Positions 1-8,494 of a stretch of DNA of 57,756 bases are shown here, piece after piece. A model generated the notes under the pieces. The model ran no database searches. It saw nothing but the letters and a program-made list of their open reading frames with translations, and had not been told where the DNA came from. The stretch covers positions 1-57,756 of the forward strand of contig JAFGGM010000054.1 of the NCBI GenBank assembly GCA_016930555.1, in the 5' to 3' direction. The stretch's first letter is position 1. Each line of letters begins with the position of its first letter. This DNA is from Candidatus Bathyarchaeum sp. Lineage in GTDB: Archaea > Thermoproteota > Bathyarchaeia > Bathyarchaeales > Bathyarchaeaceae. Made by a program: the position numbers and the translations under genes.

Positions 1-285
1 AAGGGATATCCACTCCGTATTTGTTTCGGACAAAAGAGCCAAAGATTCGTCAGATTCTGAGCTGCCAAAAGCGTCAGGGCTCCAAGTCGAAAAGGACATA
101 CCCTTTTGGTAGACCGGCACTTCATAAGAAACCGAAACTGGAAACACAGACGAACCAGCAATTTCAGCATCTCTATAATTAAGGGTGATGGAAAATGCGG
201 GGCAAGCAAGAGCATTTAATGTCAGCAGAACCATAAACAATGAGACAATTAACGCTTTTTTTGGTACAGCCATAATCTTGACCAT
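1..285 (-). CDS. Secreted glycoside hydrolase, GH113-like (5' part; runs off the window edge)
   Basis: Manual translation, not in ORF track: MVKIMAVPKKALIVSLFMVLLTLNALACPAFS (signal peptide) ...YQKGMSFSTWSPDAFGSSESDESLALLSETNTEWISL, resembling the GH113 N-terminus (QKGxS...SL..L..tg.nWisl). Confidence 0.6.
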   Translation of the reverse strand, partial: MVKIMAVPKKALIVSLFMVLLTLNALACPAFSITLNYRDAEIAGSSVFPVSVSYEVPVYQKGMSFSTWSPDAFGSSESDESLALLSETNTEWISL

Positions 286-300
286 GCTGTTCTTCTTTGT

Positions 301-834
301 TTAATGGAAGTCAATGTCCGTAGATTTTTCGGTGAGAATGCCGATAGCTCCAAGAAGATTCTTTGCTACACTTAGCATATTCACTGCTATAATCATCAAC
401 AAAATGATGGTGATGTCAACTGTCAAATTTAACGTAAAATCTTCAACTGGCACTGTCAAATTTAGTACGCCGCCATTTGAAAGGACCAAAAAGTAGGTAA
501 CTATAACAATGGCTTTTGCTATTCCGAAACCGTGTCCTATAACGGTCTTGGCGAAGAGTTGCCCTGCAATAGCAAAGAAAACGGATATTACTGCAAACTG
601 GAAAAGTTGACCTTTGTAATCAAAGGGCATCATGCTCAAGGGTAGGTTGCTGGGGAGGAGCGCCAAGGGTAAGTAATAGACGACCATGTACGTTAATGCA
701 CCCATTAGAGCAGCCTTCATAACTCTCGGGAATACCGTATTCATGATAAAATTCGAGTCTAACTCAACCATAATGCTCCCACCAATCCACAGTAAACAGA
801 TGCGTCTCAAATAGAATGTGCAGCTTTCCACCAT
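301..834 (-). CDS. Hypothetical multi-pass membrane protein (true start probably MVELD near 771)
   Basis: About four hydrophobic segments; co-oriented with neighbours. Confidence 0.7.
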   Translation of the reverse strand: MVESCTFYLRRICLLWIGGSIMVELDSNFIMNTVFPRVMKAALMGALTYMVVYYLPLALLPSNLPLSMMPFDYKGQLFQFAVISVFFAIAGQLFAKTVIGHGFGIAKAIVIVTYFLVLSNGGVLNLTVPVEDFTLNLTVDITIILLMIIAVNMLSVAKNLLGAIGILTEKSTDIDFH

Positions 835-1549
835 CTGCTAGCTTCGATTCATCCTGAACTCTCACATAAAGAAGAATGTTGTCCCCAAAATTTTGGTTCG
901 ACACCGCATTGATGTCGGTGACTCCAGATGCTATGTGCTGGTCTGAATTGTTGTAGGCTTCCATTTTCAATGTCCCTGTAATGTCAATGACGGCGTGGTT
1001 TTCAAAGCTTACAGGCATCACCGCCTCGACATGGCTGCTGTTATGCTGAGAAACAGAGAGAGCTCCTATAGAGAAATCAGCAAAGGGTGCACCCCAAGGC
1101 AGCGACACATTTGTTGAAAGTTGCACTGGGATAGCCCGAGCAAAGTTGAGGTCTGCAAAGATTTCTACAGTGAATTTGTGGTCATTCAGCATAAAAATCA
1201 GGTGGTCCATGGCCAGTATGTCGTCTAGGTCTACCTTGATTGTGTGGGACTCGTTAACGGTTTTTCCTTGGGGTATCGAGTCGACAAGGGTTTCTGTCAA
1301 ATCCAGCACTTGTCCATCTGGGTCTGTAACACGGGTTCTTAGGTTCAAATCAGCAATTTCGTAGTAACCGTTGTTATCTATGGAGAAGGGCAAAGAAAAT
1401 TTAATGCCGCTGCTGGTGGGAAGCATTTGTGCTTCTCCAATGTTCACGCCTACATTCATCACTGAATAGACTGCAGTTACTGAAAATAAGAGAATCACCA
1501 TCCACAATATAATAGTGGCTACTGTGAGCATGCTTGTAGTTATCTTCAT
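764..1549 (-). CDS. Membrane-anchored beta-rich (LEA2/Ig-like) hypothetical protein
   Basis: N-terminal TM helix followed by two beta-rich repeats (FSIDNNG..., VSFENHA...). Confidence 0.7.
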   Translation of the reverse strand: MKITTSMLTVATIILWMVILLFSVTAVYSVMNVGVNIGEAQMLPTSSGIKFSLPFSIDNNGYYEIADLNLRTRVTDPDGQVLDLTETLVDSIPQGKTVNESHTIKVDLDDILAMDHLIFMLNDHKFTVEIFADLNFARAIPVQLSTNVSLPWGAPFADFSIGALSVSQHNSSHVEAVMPVSFENHAVIDITGTLKMEAYNNSDQHIASGVTDINAVSNQNFGDNILLYVRVQDESKLADGGKLHILFETHLFTVDWWEHYG

Positions 1550-1560
1550 TTAATTTTCCT

Positions 1561-1929
1561 TCACTTTTGGCTTGCTTGAACAAGAATTTTTGGTCCTTTC
1601 TTAGCAGGTACAGGTTCCTTTTGATTTATGACGGGATTAGGTCGTGTTTGAGGTTGGGGAGTTGCCAGCCGTTTGAGTTGTATAATAAGCTGTATTCCCC
1701 TTGCTGTTAGCCCTGTGCCTATCCATCCCATAATGCCGAGGTACATTATTCGAATGGATGCTCCAATGAGGGGGGCTAGGGCGCTACCGAAGACGTCTAC
1801 TAGGTCGGATGAACCTGTGATATTTGGGTCGTTGATGAGGAATATATAGGCACTTATGAAGGTGAAAGCAAGCAAACCGATACCTATGAAGAGAATTATG
1901 TATGCTATGTTGGTTGTTATGTCTTTCAT
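1561..1929 (-). CDS. Small membrane protein
   Basis: Two TM segments and a Pro/Lys-rich tail; first gene of a minus-strand cluster. Confidence 0.7.
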   Translation of the reverse strand: MKDITTNIAYIILFIGIGLLAFTFISAYIFLINDPNITGSSDLVDVFGSALAPLIGASIRIMYLGIMGWIGTGLTARGIQLIIQLKRLATPQPQTRPNPVINQKEPVPAKKGPKILVQASQK

Positions 1930-2055
1930 TGTGTGCCCTCTTTCTCATAGTTAGGGCTTGTTTAACATATTAAATCTTCTGTCTTACTAAACAATATTAT
2001 TTTTTAGTTACCCCCTTCAACAACAACGTAAAACCACAAAACACCACTTAGTCTA

Positions 2056-2253
2056 CTAATAGTCCCTTCTTCTTTTCATGGCACGAATATAATTCGACGC
2101 TTCTTGAGCAGTTTTTACCTGAGCAACCTTTTTTGCACTAACCAACTTTAACCGGGTCGCACAGTATGGGCAGCGTTTAGTTTTTTGGGTGCCTTTAGCC
2201 AGCAGAAATCGTCCACAACCATAACAGACAATCACCACATACATTTTGTGCAC
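2056..2253 (-). CDS. Zn-ribbon protein (DUF1922-like)
   Basis: CYGC...KTKRCPYC motif. Confidence 0.7.
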   Translation of the reverse strand: MHKMYVVIVCYGCGRFLLAKGTQKTKRCPYCATRLKLVSAKKVAQVKTAQEASNYIRAMKRRRDY

Positions 2254-2314
2254 ATCCTTAGAGGGAAAAGCTTTTTGTTGCCATCGCTTAAATGCTTTAA
2301 GAGGATGCAGGTAA

Positions 2315-2653
2315 ATGAGTCGGCTTTCCTTGGCAAATCTTGCTGCAAAATATTTCAGGCAGAATGGCTACGAGACGGAGAAAGATGCTGTTCTAGAGGG
2401 CGAGTCTGGACTTTCACAGAAGTTTGATTTAATAATTCGGCGTGGCAAGGAGAAGCGTTCTGTTTGGATTAGAGATTGGAACAGGACTGTCGGCGTTAAC
2501 ATCGTAATTAATATTGATAAGGCTGCAGAGGACGTTGGTTTTCCTAAGCCCATCATCATTTCTGAAAAGTTTAGTGGTCATGCCAAAGCATATGCTAATC
2601 GTCGGGGCATTACTTTATTGACGAAACAGCAAATTCTACGGTTGCTGGGCTAA
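2315..2653 (+). CDS. Stand-alone Mrr-like restriction-endonuclease-fold protein
   Basis: F...GYE...GESG..kFDL...IISEKFSGHAKAYA...ITLL pattern typical of the Mrr_cat fold. Confidence 0.65.
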   Translation: MSRLSLANLAAKYFRQNGYETEKDAVLEGESGLSQKFDLIIRRGKEKRSVWIRDWNRTVGVNIVINIDKAAEDVGFPKPIIISEKFSGHAKAYANRRGITLLTKQQILRLLG

Positions 2654-3243
2654 ATCATCTTTTTCAGGAACTCTTCTAGTTGTCCATCAGTTTCTAGTTT
2701 CTTTAACCAGTTAACGGTTCCCTGTCTGCAGGTTTCTTTTTTCTCAAGCACCCGCGCTGCCTCTTCTACTACGATATCTACGGTTTTGTCGCTAACATCG
2801 ATTTCGCAAACTTGGTCAGAACCATAAACTGACAGGGTATCAAAGAGGCAAACATCCAGTATTTCACCTGTCAGGTTCTCCCACACTTTCTTTGAGTCAT
2901 AACCCCGCTCCTCTAGCACAGCCTTGAGTTGACGGGGATCGCGTCTAAGAACAAGAACAGTTTTGACATAATTTGTTGGAACAACGTCAACCACGTAGTG
3001 TCCTTCGATTACGGTCGTGCCCGTCGTGTTGGCTAGGAGTTTTTCCAGATTTTCCAAGACTTTTTCTGTGTCCGCTATTAGAGTGCCTCTTTCGTCATCA
3101 ACTCGGGTAAAGAGCTGCTGTTCTTTAACCAATTCATTTATCCCTAAGTAGTTGGCCTCCATTTTGGAGGCTAACTTGTGGGCGATTGTGGTTTTTCCTA
3201 CTCCGGGAGTGCCTGTTACAAGAATTGCTTGTTTGAAGGTTTT
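2650..3243 (-). CDS. AK6/Fap7-family adenylate kinase
   Basis: Frame stays open 27 codons upstream of the tracked ATG (3162) and contains ILVTGTPGVGKTT (Walker A); VIEGH, LEERGY and EN..GEILD motifs follow. No canonical in-frame start. Confidence 0.85.
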   Translation of the reverse strand, partial: KTFKQAILVTGTPGVGKTTIAHKLASKMEANYLGINELVKEQQLFTRVDDERGTLIADTEKVLENLEKLLANTTGTTVIEGHYVVDVVPTNYVKTVLVLRRDPRQLKAVLEERGYDSKKVWENLTGEILDVCLFDTLSVYGSDQVCEIDVSDKTVDIVVEEAARVLEKKETCRQGTVNWLKKLETDGQLEEFLKKMI

Positions 3244-3377
3244 TCACGATCCCTCATGCTTAGTCAATTAATGTATGTTCTGCTGTTTTATCAAACTTTG
3301 CCGCTACATCATGGCAAAGAGCATTCGTTTGATGTTGATAATTTTTAGGTTAATTGTTATAAACAAATTCCTGTAAT

Positions 3378-4046
3378 ATGTTACTGTGCGTTGGGGATTC
3401 GCCGTTGAACCTGTTCGATATGATTGAGCGAGTTACGAGAAAGATTGCGCCTGGACCAGCACCAGCCTTCAATGAGGCACATGTGGTTAAGGCGATGGAA
3501 CTGATTGGAAAATACCAAACCGTGGGCAGAATAAAGCTTTCCAAAGAGATGGGGTTAGGGGAAGGCACAACTCGCACCCTTCTGAAGCACTTAAAAAATG
3601 AGGGTGTAACTCAAAGTTCAAGAAACGGAATCTCCTTCTCTGGAGAAGGAAAGAAGCTGTTTTCTGACTTGCGAGGCCAACTCAGCGAAGGTATTGATGT
3701 TCCCAGCAGTCCTCTAACAGTTGGAGCATTCAATATTGCAGTTCTTGTACGGGACGCAGCTCAGGCAATAGGGAGCGGCATGGAACAAAGAGATGCAGCA
3801 ATCAAAAGTGGAGCATTAGGGGCAACTACTCTGATTTTTTCCAGCAACAAGCTGGAGTTGCCTCAGGAAGAGGAGAATCTTTGCGAAAGCATGCCCGAAT
3901 TACATGACAAACTGGTTATACAGTTGAATCCAAAAGAAAACGATGTCATCATTGTGGGCAGTGGAGAAAATAGGGACTTGGCAGAAATCGGAGCAAAAAT
4001 GGCTGCAATAAAACTGCTAAAATGCGCCAGCGCAACTAATGATTAA
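3378..4046 (+). CDS. Winged-helix protein with DUF2111/DUF4443-like C-terminal domain
   Basis: GRIKLSKEMGLGEGTTRTLLKHL HTH and GMEQRDAAIKSGALGATTL motif. Confidence 0.75.
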   Translation: MLLCVGDSPLNLFDMIERVTRKIAPGPAPAFNEAHVVKAMELIGKYQTVGRIKLSKEMGLGEGTTRTLLKHLKNEGVTQSSRNGISFSGEGKKLFSDLRGQLSEGIDVPSSPLTVGAFNIAVLVRDAAQAIGSGMEQRDAAIKSGALGATTLIFSSNKLELPQEEENLCESMPELHDKLVIQLNPKENDVIIVGSGENRDLAEIGAKMAAIKLLKCASATND

Positions 4047-4930
4047 TCCACTTAACTAAGTGACGTGGCAATTCATGGAGGTTAATGCGCGGGGAGGCAC
4101 GAGGGAATGACGGAGACCACTCTACTTTGGCGTTTCTAATTTTGTAATCCTCGAATTTTGCAATACAGGGATCCCATTTCATTATTGGATGCTCCATTTT
4201 TCTTTTCTGGGTTTTGGGTGATTTCATAAGAATACACTATTTCATTATATCTTACGACTGAATATAACCATTGTTTTTGTTTTAGACTTGTATCAAAAAT
4301 CGAAATATCTCACAAACATGTGCTGCATCCTTATACTGCTAATTCCCAATTTCAAAATAACATGTAATTTAATTATACACAGCAAAAATCGCAGACATCT
4401 AGTTTTTTCATCTTTTAAGGATTGCTTTTTCTAGGGCTTCATCACGTTTTTTTAGGTAAGTAATTTCAAGAACATCTTTTAGTCTTTCATATGTGTATTC
4501 ATCTTTTGTTACATTTTGAATTTGTATTTTCCAAAACAACCCTTGATTCAACCTAAAACTCTTTCTGATTGTTGTTGGTGTTGCCAAAAGTTTCAGAAAT
4601 ATTTTGATTCCATTAGCTAGCTGTTATTAAACCCAAGTTACTCGCGGTTTCGGACAAAGCAACATAAAGTTCTATATTGTAGTAATGCTAAGCAAATGTT
4701 GCAGAAGCTTTAAGCTGTTCACCCTATTCACCAAAGAATCTTCTTCTTTTTTATCTTATGTTTTATAGTAGAAAAGCGGTTTTCTTAACACTTGCCATGA
4801 ACATGGGTTACATTAAAACATAATAAGTTTTTAGTCTTGAAAACCTTTCTGAAATTTAGAGCAGCACCTAACCCAAAACAGAGACAAAGGCTTGACAAGT
4901 TACGAATTATAAATCGATTGAAGTGCTTAC

Positions 4931-5355
4931 TCAGTGATGGCGATAGTTTTCGTAGTCTGGGAGGTTTCTTTCATATTCCTTATCCATCAGAGTCGAAGAA
5001 ACCAGAAAGTCTGCGGTGGAGCGGTTACATGCCACAGGAATATTCCACACCACAGCCATTCTTAGAAGAGCCATAACGTCTGGGTCATGGGGCAGAGACT
5101 CCAATTGGTCCCAGAAAAAATCAGAAAATCAATTTCGCCGTTTGCAATCTTGGCACCAATCTGCATGTCACCACCCAATGGACCGCTCTTTAGCCTCGTC
5201 AAATCAAAAACTGCCTTTTCGATAACTTTTCCTGTTGTTCCAGTTGCGAAGAGTTCATGCAAACTCAAAAGATACTTGTTAAACTTCACCCACTCTAGCA
5301 AATCTTGTTTTTTGTGGTAATGGGCAACCAAAGCAATTCGATTTCGTTCTTTCAT
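4931..5355 (-). pseudogene. mgsA: Methylglyoxal synthase, frameshifted
   Basis: IALVAH, ATGTTG and KSGPLGGDMQIGA motifs; a 1-nt deletion in the A6 run at 5115-5120 moves the C-terminus ([37 protein letters not shown]) to another frame ending at 4931. Confidence 0.85.
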
Positions 5356-5443
5356 TAAAACCTTTTCGCCACTAACTTTTATTATCTCTATATATCATCA
5401 GGACCTCATTTTTGGCGGAAAAAAATGTTTTGCAACTTCAACT

Positions 5444-7405
5444 CTACCTCTTTCTAGAAGAAACTTTCGGCTGGTAAACGCACCACGGGTCAGATGCCAA
5501 ATAATCGCCTTGCGACGTTGTTGGTTCATGCAGTGCACCACAAAAATCCATCTGATCTGTAGTTACGCCATAGGCTCTGGCGCGGCATCCTCCACATTCT
5601 TCACGGTGTTCACAAATTCCACATTTTCCTTTCAGTTGGTCAAAGTCCCTGAGTGCCTTGAAGACTTCTGAGTTGAACCAGATGTCCTTGAAGGACCTTT
5701 CTCGGATGTTGCCAAGATCAAGGGGCAGATACGGGCAAGGCGTAACCTCCCCTGAAGGATAGATGCGGCAGTAATAGAGACCCGCCATGCAGCCTCGAAC
5801 CCACCGCGACATGTCAACTCCCTGCTCCTTAGAAACCCGCATAAACTGTGGAGCACAGGAAGGTTTTACATTCATTTTATACTTCGTAATTTTGCCGAGA
5901 GTACTCGAAATCATGTCTTCATACATCTGCGGAGTAATATCTTCAATGTCGGTTCCTCGTCCAGTAGGCACCAAGAAAAACAAATGAAAATTGTCCACAC
6001 CCAAATCCTCTGCCAGAGCCATTATGTCATCTATCTCATCATAGTTTTGTAAAGTCACTGTACTGTTAACCTGAACCTCTATCTTGCTCTTTTTAAGAGA
6101 CTTGATGGCATCTACGGCATGTTGCCAGCAGCCCTTAACGCCTCGGAAATCATCATGACGTTCAGGTATACTTGAGTCTAAACTAATTGCAACAGTTCCC
6201 ATTCCAGCATCTTCAAGTTTTTTTGTAACCACGTCGTCGATGAGCATACCATTGCTTCCCATGCCCATCCTTAAGCCACGGTCTGCACCATACCTGATGA
6301 TTTCATAAATGTCATCTCTCATGAGGGGTTCACCGCCGCTCAATATCAACAGTGGTCTGCTGACTTCAGTAATCTGATGGATAAGCATCTTCGCTGCGTC
6401 AGTACTTAATTCATCCGCTAATTCTGTTTCAGCCGCGTTGATATAACAGTGGGCACACTTCAGATTGCACTTCAAAGTAACATTCCATGATACAACTAAT
6501 GGAACATACTTCTCTTTACTGGGCGCAGCAGATATGGGGGCAATCTTTATGCGGAACTCACATTTTCCGTCAGTTGCCATCCTCATAGGTTGAGTGACGG
6601 CTACTGGGAAGGGAATGAACTTTTCGAACATCGACTGGGCATGTGCCCTGCAGAAGCGTTTGCAGAAAAGTTGGGACGTTTCCGTGCTTGTGTCCAACTC
6701 CTTTTTCACGTATTGGTGGCTTCCGTAGATGGGGCAATTCAGGAACCGCATGAATCCTCCTAGATTCTTCATGTCCATTTCGTGTTCGATGAAGTGGTCG
6801 CTGAGCATCAGTTTCTGCAATTTTGCTTTTGATATTCCAACCTTCAGGCTAACGTTGAAAGCGGAGTCAACTGTTTCGTCACCAAACTTCTTCTGCACCC
6901 TAGCCATAACTTGCTCAAGCTGTTCTACACCCAACTCGTCAGCCAACCGTTCCACAATCAAGAAACCCTTAAGTGTCTCATACTCTTGACGTAAACGCAT
7001 CTCAATAACATATTTAGTCCAATCAAGAAACACGCTACTGATGAGATCCTTGGCTTCAGAATCCTTTCGATTAAGCAGCTCCTCAACTTCTCTGGTTCTG
7101 TCACTCAGACTCTTGAAAAGATGAATTTTTTCCTCGACATTAGGCGCCTCATTTCTAACTGGCACCACTAAGCTATCTTTCAGAGGCACAATTTCAGCCA
7201 AAAGCTTCTTGGCATCGGAAACAAAGTCACTGTAAAAACGCCACAACATTCTATCCACAGAAGGAGAATCCACCTTAAGTTCCTCAAGAATAACTCTGGA
7301 TTCAGCAGCCATCTTACTTACCATTGCCATGTGGTACAACAATGAGCCTTCCATTCCTGCATCACTGCTTCTGCCAGAGGAACCATGAAATACATCAGAA
7401 ACCAA
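5444..7405 (-). CDS. Radical SAM/SPASM protein (NirJ/AhbC/AhbD-like) with a ~300-aa N-terminal extension
   Basis: VSWNVTLKCNLKCAHCY (CxxxCxxC), SGGEPL, FFLVPTGRG, GCMAG...VTPCPY, KCGICEHREECGGCRARAY...DPWC. Confidence 0.9.
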   Translation of the reverse strand: MVSDVFHGSSGRSSDAGMEGSLLYHMAMVSKMAAESRVILEELKVDSPSVDRMLWRFYSDFVSDAKKLLAEIVPLKDSLVVPVRNEAPNVEEKIHLFKSLSDRTREVEELLNRKDSEAKDLISSVFLDWTKYVIEMRLRQEYETLKGFLIVERLADELGVEQLEQVMARVQKKFGDETVDSAFNVSLKVGISKAKLQKLMLSDHFIEHEMDMKNLGGFMRFLNCPIYGSHQYVKKELDTSTETSQLFCKRFCRAHAQSMFEKFIPFPVAVTQPMRMATDGKCEFRIKIAPISAAPSKEKYVPLVVSWNVTLKCNLKCAHCYINAAETELADELSTDAAKMLIHQITEVSRPLLILSGGEPLMRDDIYEIIRYGADRGLRMGMGSNGMLIDDVVTKKLEDAGMGTVAISLDSSIPERHDDFRGVKGCWQHAVDAIKSLKKSKIEVQVNSTVTLQNYDEIDDIMALAEDLGVDNFHLFFLVPTGRGTDIEDITPQMYEDMISSTLGKITKYKMNVKPSCAPQFMRVSKEQGVDMSRWVRGCMAGLYYCRIYPSGEVTPCPYLPLDLGNIRERSFKDIWFNSEVFKALRDFDQLKGKCGICEHREECGGCRARAYGVTTDQMDFCGALHEPTTSQGDYLASDPWCVYQPKVSSRKR

Positions 7406-7715
7406 ACTTTTTGCCGTTTCAAATTCTCCAGAAGTTATTGATTCTTTGGCTTTGTCGATTTTCTGTTTTCTCTCTTTAAGCAGAAGAGCCCACTTGTGGC
7501 ATTGTGCCTTATTATATTTGGTTAAGGTTTCCCTCTCCGCTTGTGGTTTATGGCGTTAAAGCTTTGAGGAGGTTATAAGTTCTTTGTTTTCGTGTGGTTC
7601 CTTTTCATTCCATGGGATAGAGTTATTTACTGGCTCCTACATTTAAAAAGACAATACGCCCAGAACTCTTTAAATAACTCCACAAAAATGATGATGGGTG
7701 TAAGGCGGATAGAAA

Positions 7716-8276
7716 ATGCCGAATCTTAGAGATTCCATCCGAATCGAAAACGTGGTATCATCTGTTACCTTAAACCAGAAAATCGACCTCAACGCCGTTG
7801 TTAAGGGGAATCCCTTAGTTGAGTATCGTCCAGAAAAGTTTCCGGGCTTAGTTTTCAGATTAAAGAAACCTAAAACAGCAATCCTGATCTTCAGCACAGG
7901 AAAGATGGTTTGCACTGGAGCCAAATCTGAGAAGGAATCAAAACGAGCAGTTATGAAGGTCGTTAAGGAATTGAAGAAAAGCGGAATAGTTATCGTTGGC
8001 AAACCTGAAATCAACGTAGTGAACATAGTTGCTTCAGCAAACCTTCTAGGGCGAATAGAGCTAGAGGACTGCGCTTACTCCCTAGGTAAAACTATGTATG
8101 AACCCGAACAGTTTCCAGGTCTAATATATAGAATGGATGACCCAAAAGTTGTGATTCTTCTCTTTGCAAGCGGAAAACTAGTTTGCACTGGGGCAACAAA
8201 AGAAGAAGATGTTTACATCGCGGTTGATAACCTTCACAAAGATCTTGAAGAAAAAGACTTGATATACTACGACTAA
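7716..8276 (+). CDS. tbp: TATA-box binding protein
   Basis: Two repeats of ENVV/NIVAS...YxPEkFPGL...LIFSTGKMVCTGAK. Confidence 0.98.
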   Translation: MPNLRDSIRIENVVSSVTLNQKIDLNAVVKGNPLVEYRPEKFPGLVFRLKKPKTAILIFSTGKMVCTGAKSEKESKRAVMKVVKELKKSGIVIVGKPEINVVNIVASANLLGRIELEDCAYSLGKTMYEPEQFPGLIYRMDDPKVVILLFASGKLVCTGATKEEDVYIAVDNLHKDLEEKDLIYYD

Positions 8277-8494
8277 CCCTGTTGAGTGTATGGAAACGAA
8301 TAAACCTAATTATTTTAATCCAAATTTTGTTTTTTAGAATCTATTTCTATTGAACAGAACGTTGCAAATTAGCTTTTGTTTAAAAAATAAACTATTTTAG
8401 GTTCAATAACTTCTAAATAGTCATTTTCCGAAAGGTTAAATAAGACTGCTCGTAATTTTCTTCATTCCTAACAACTTAAAGGTGATAAGAAAAT

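Noticed and set aside
4036-4830. Short ORFs in the AT-rich gap
   Set aside because: No motifs or clear starts; at most decayed remnants.
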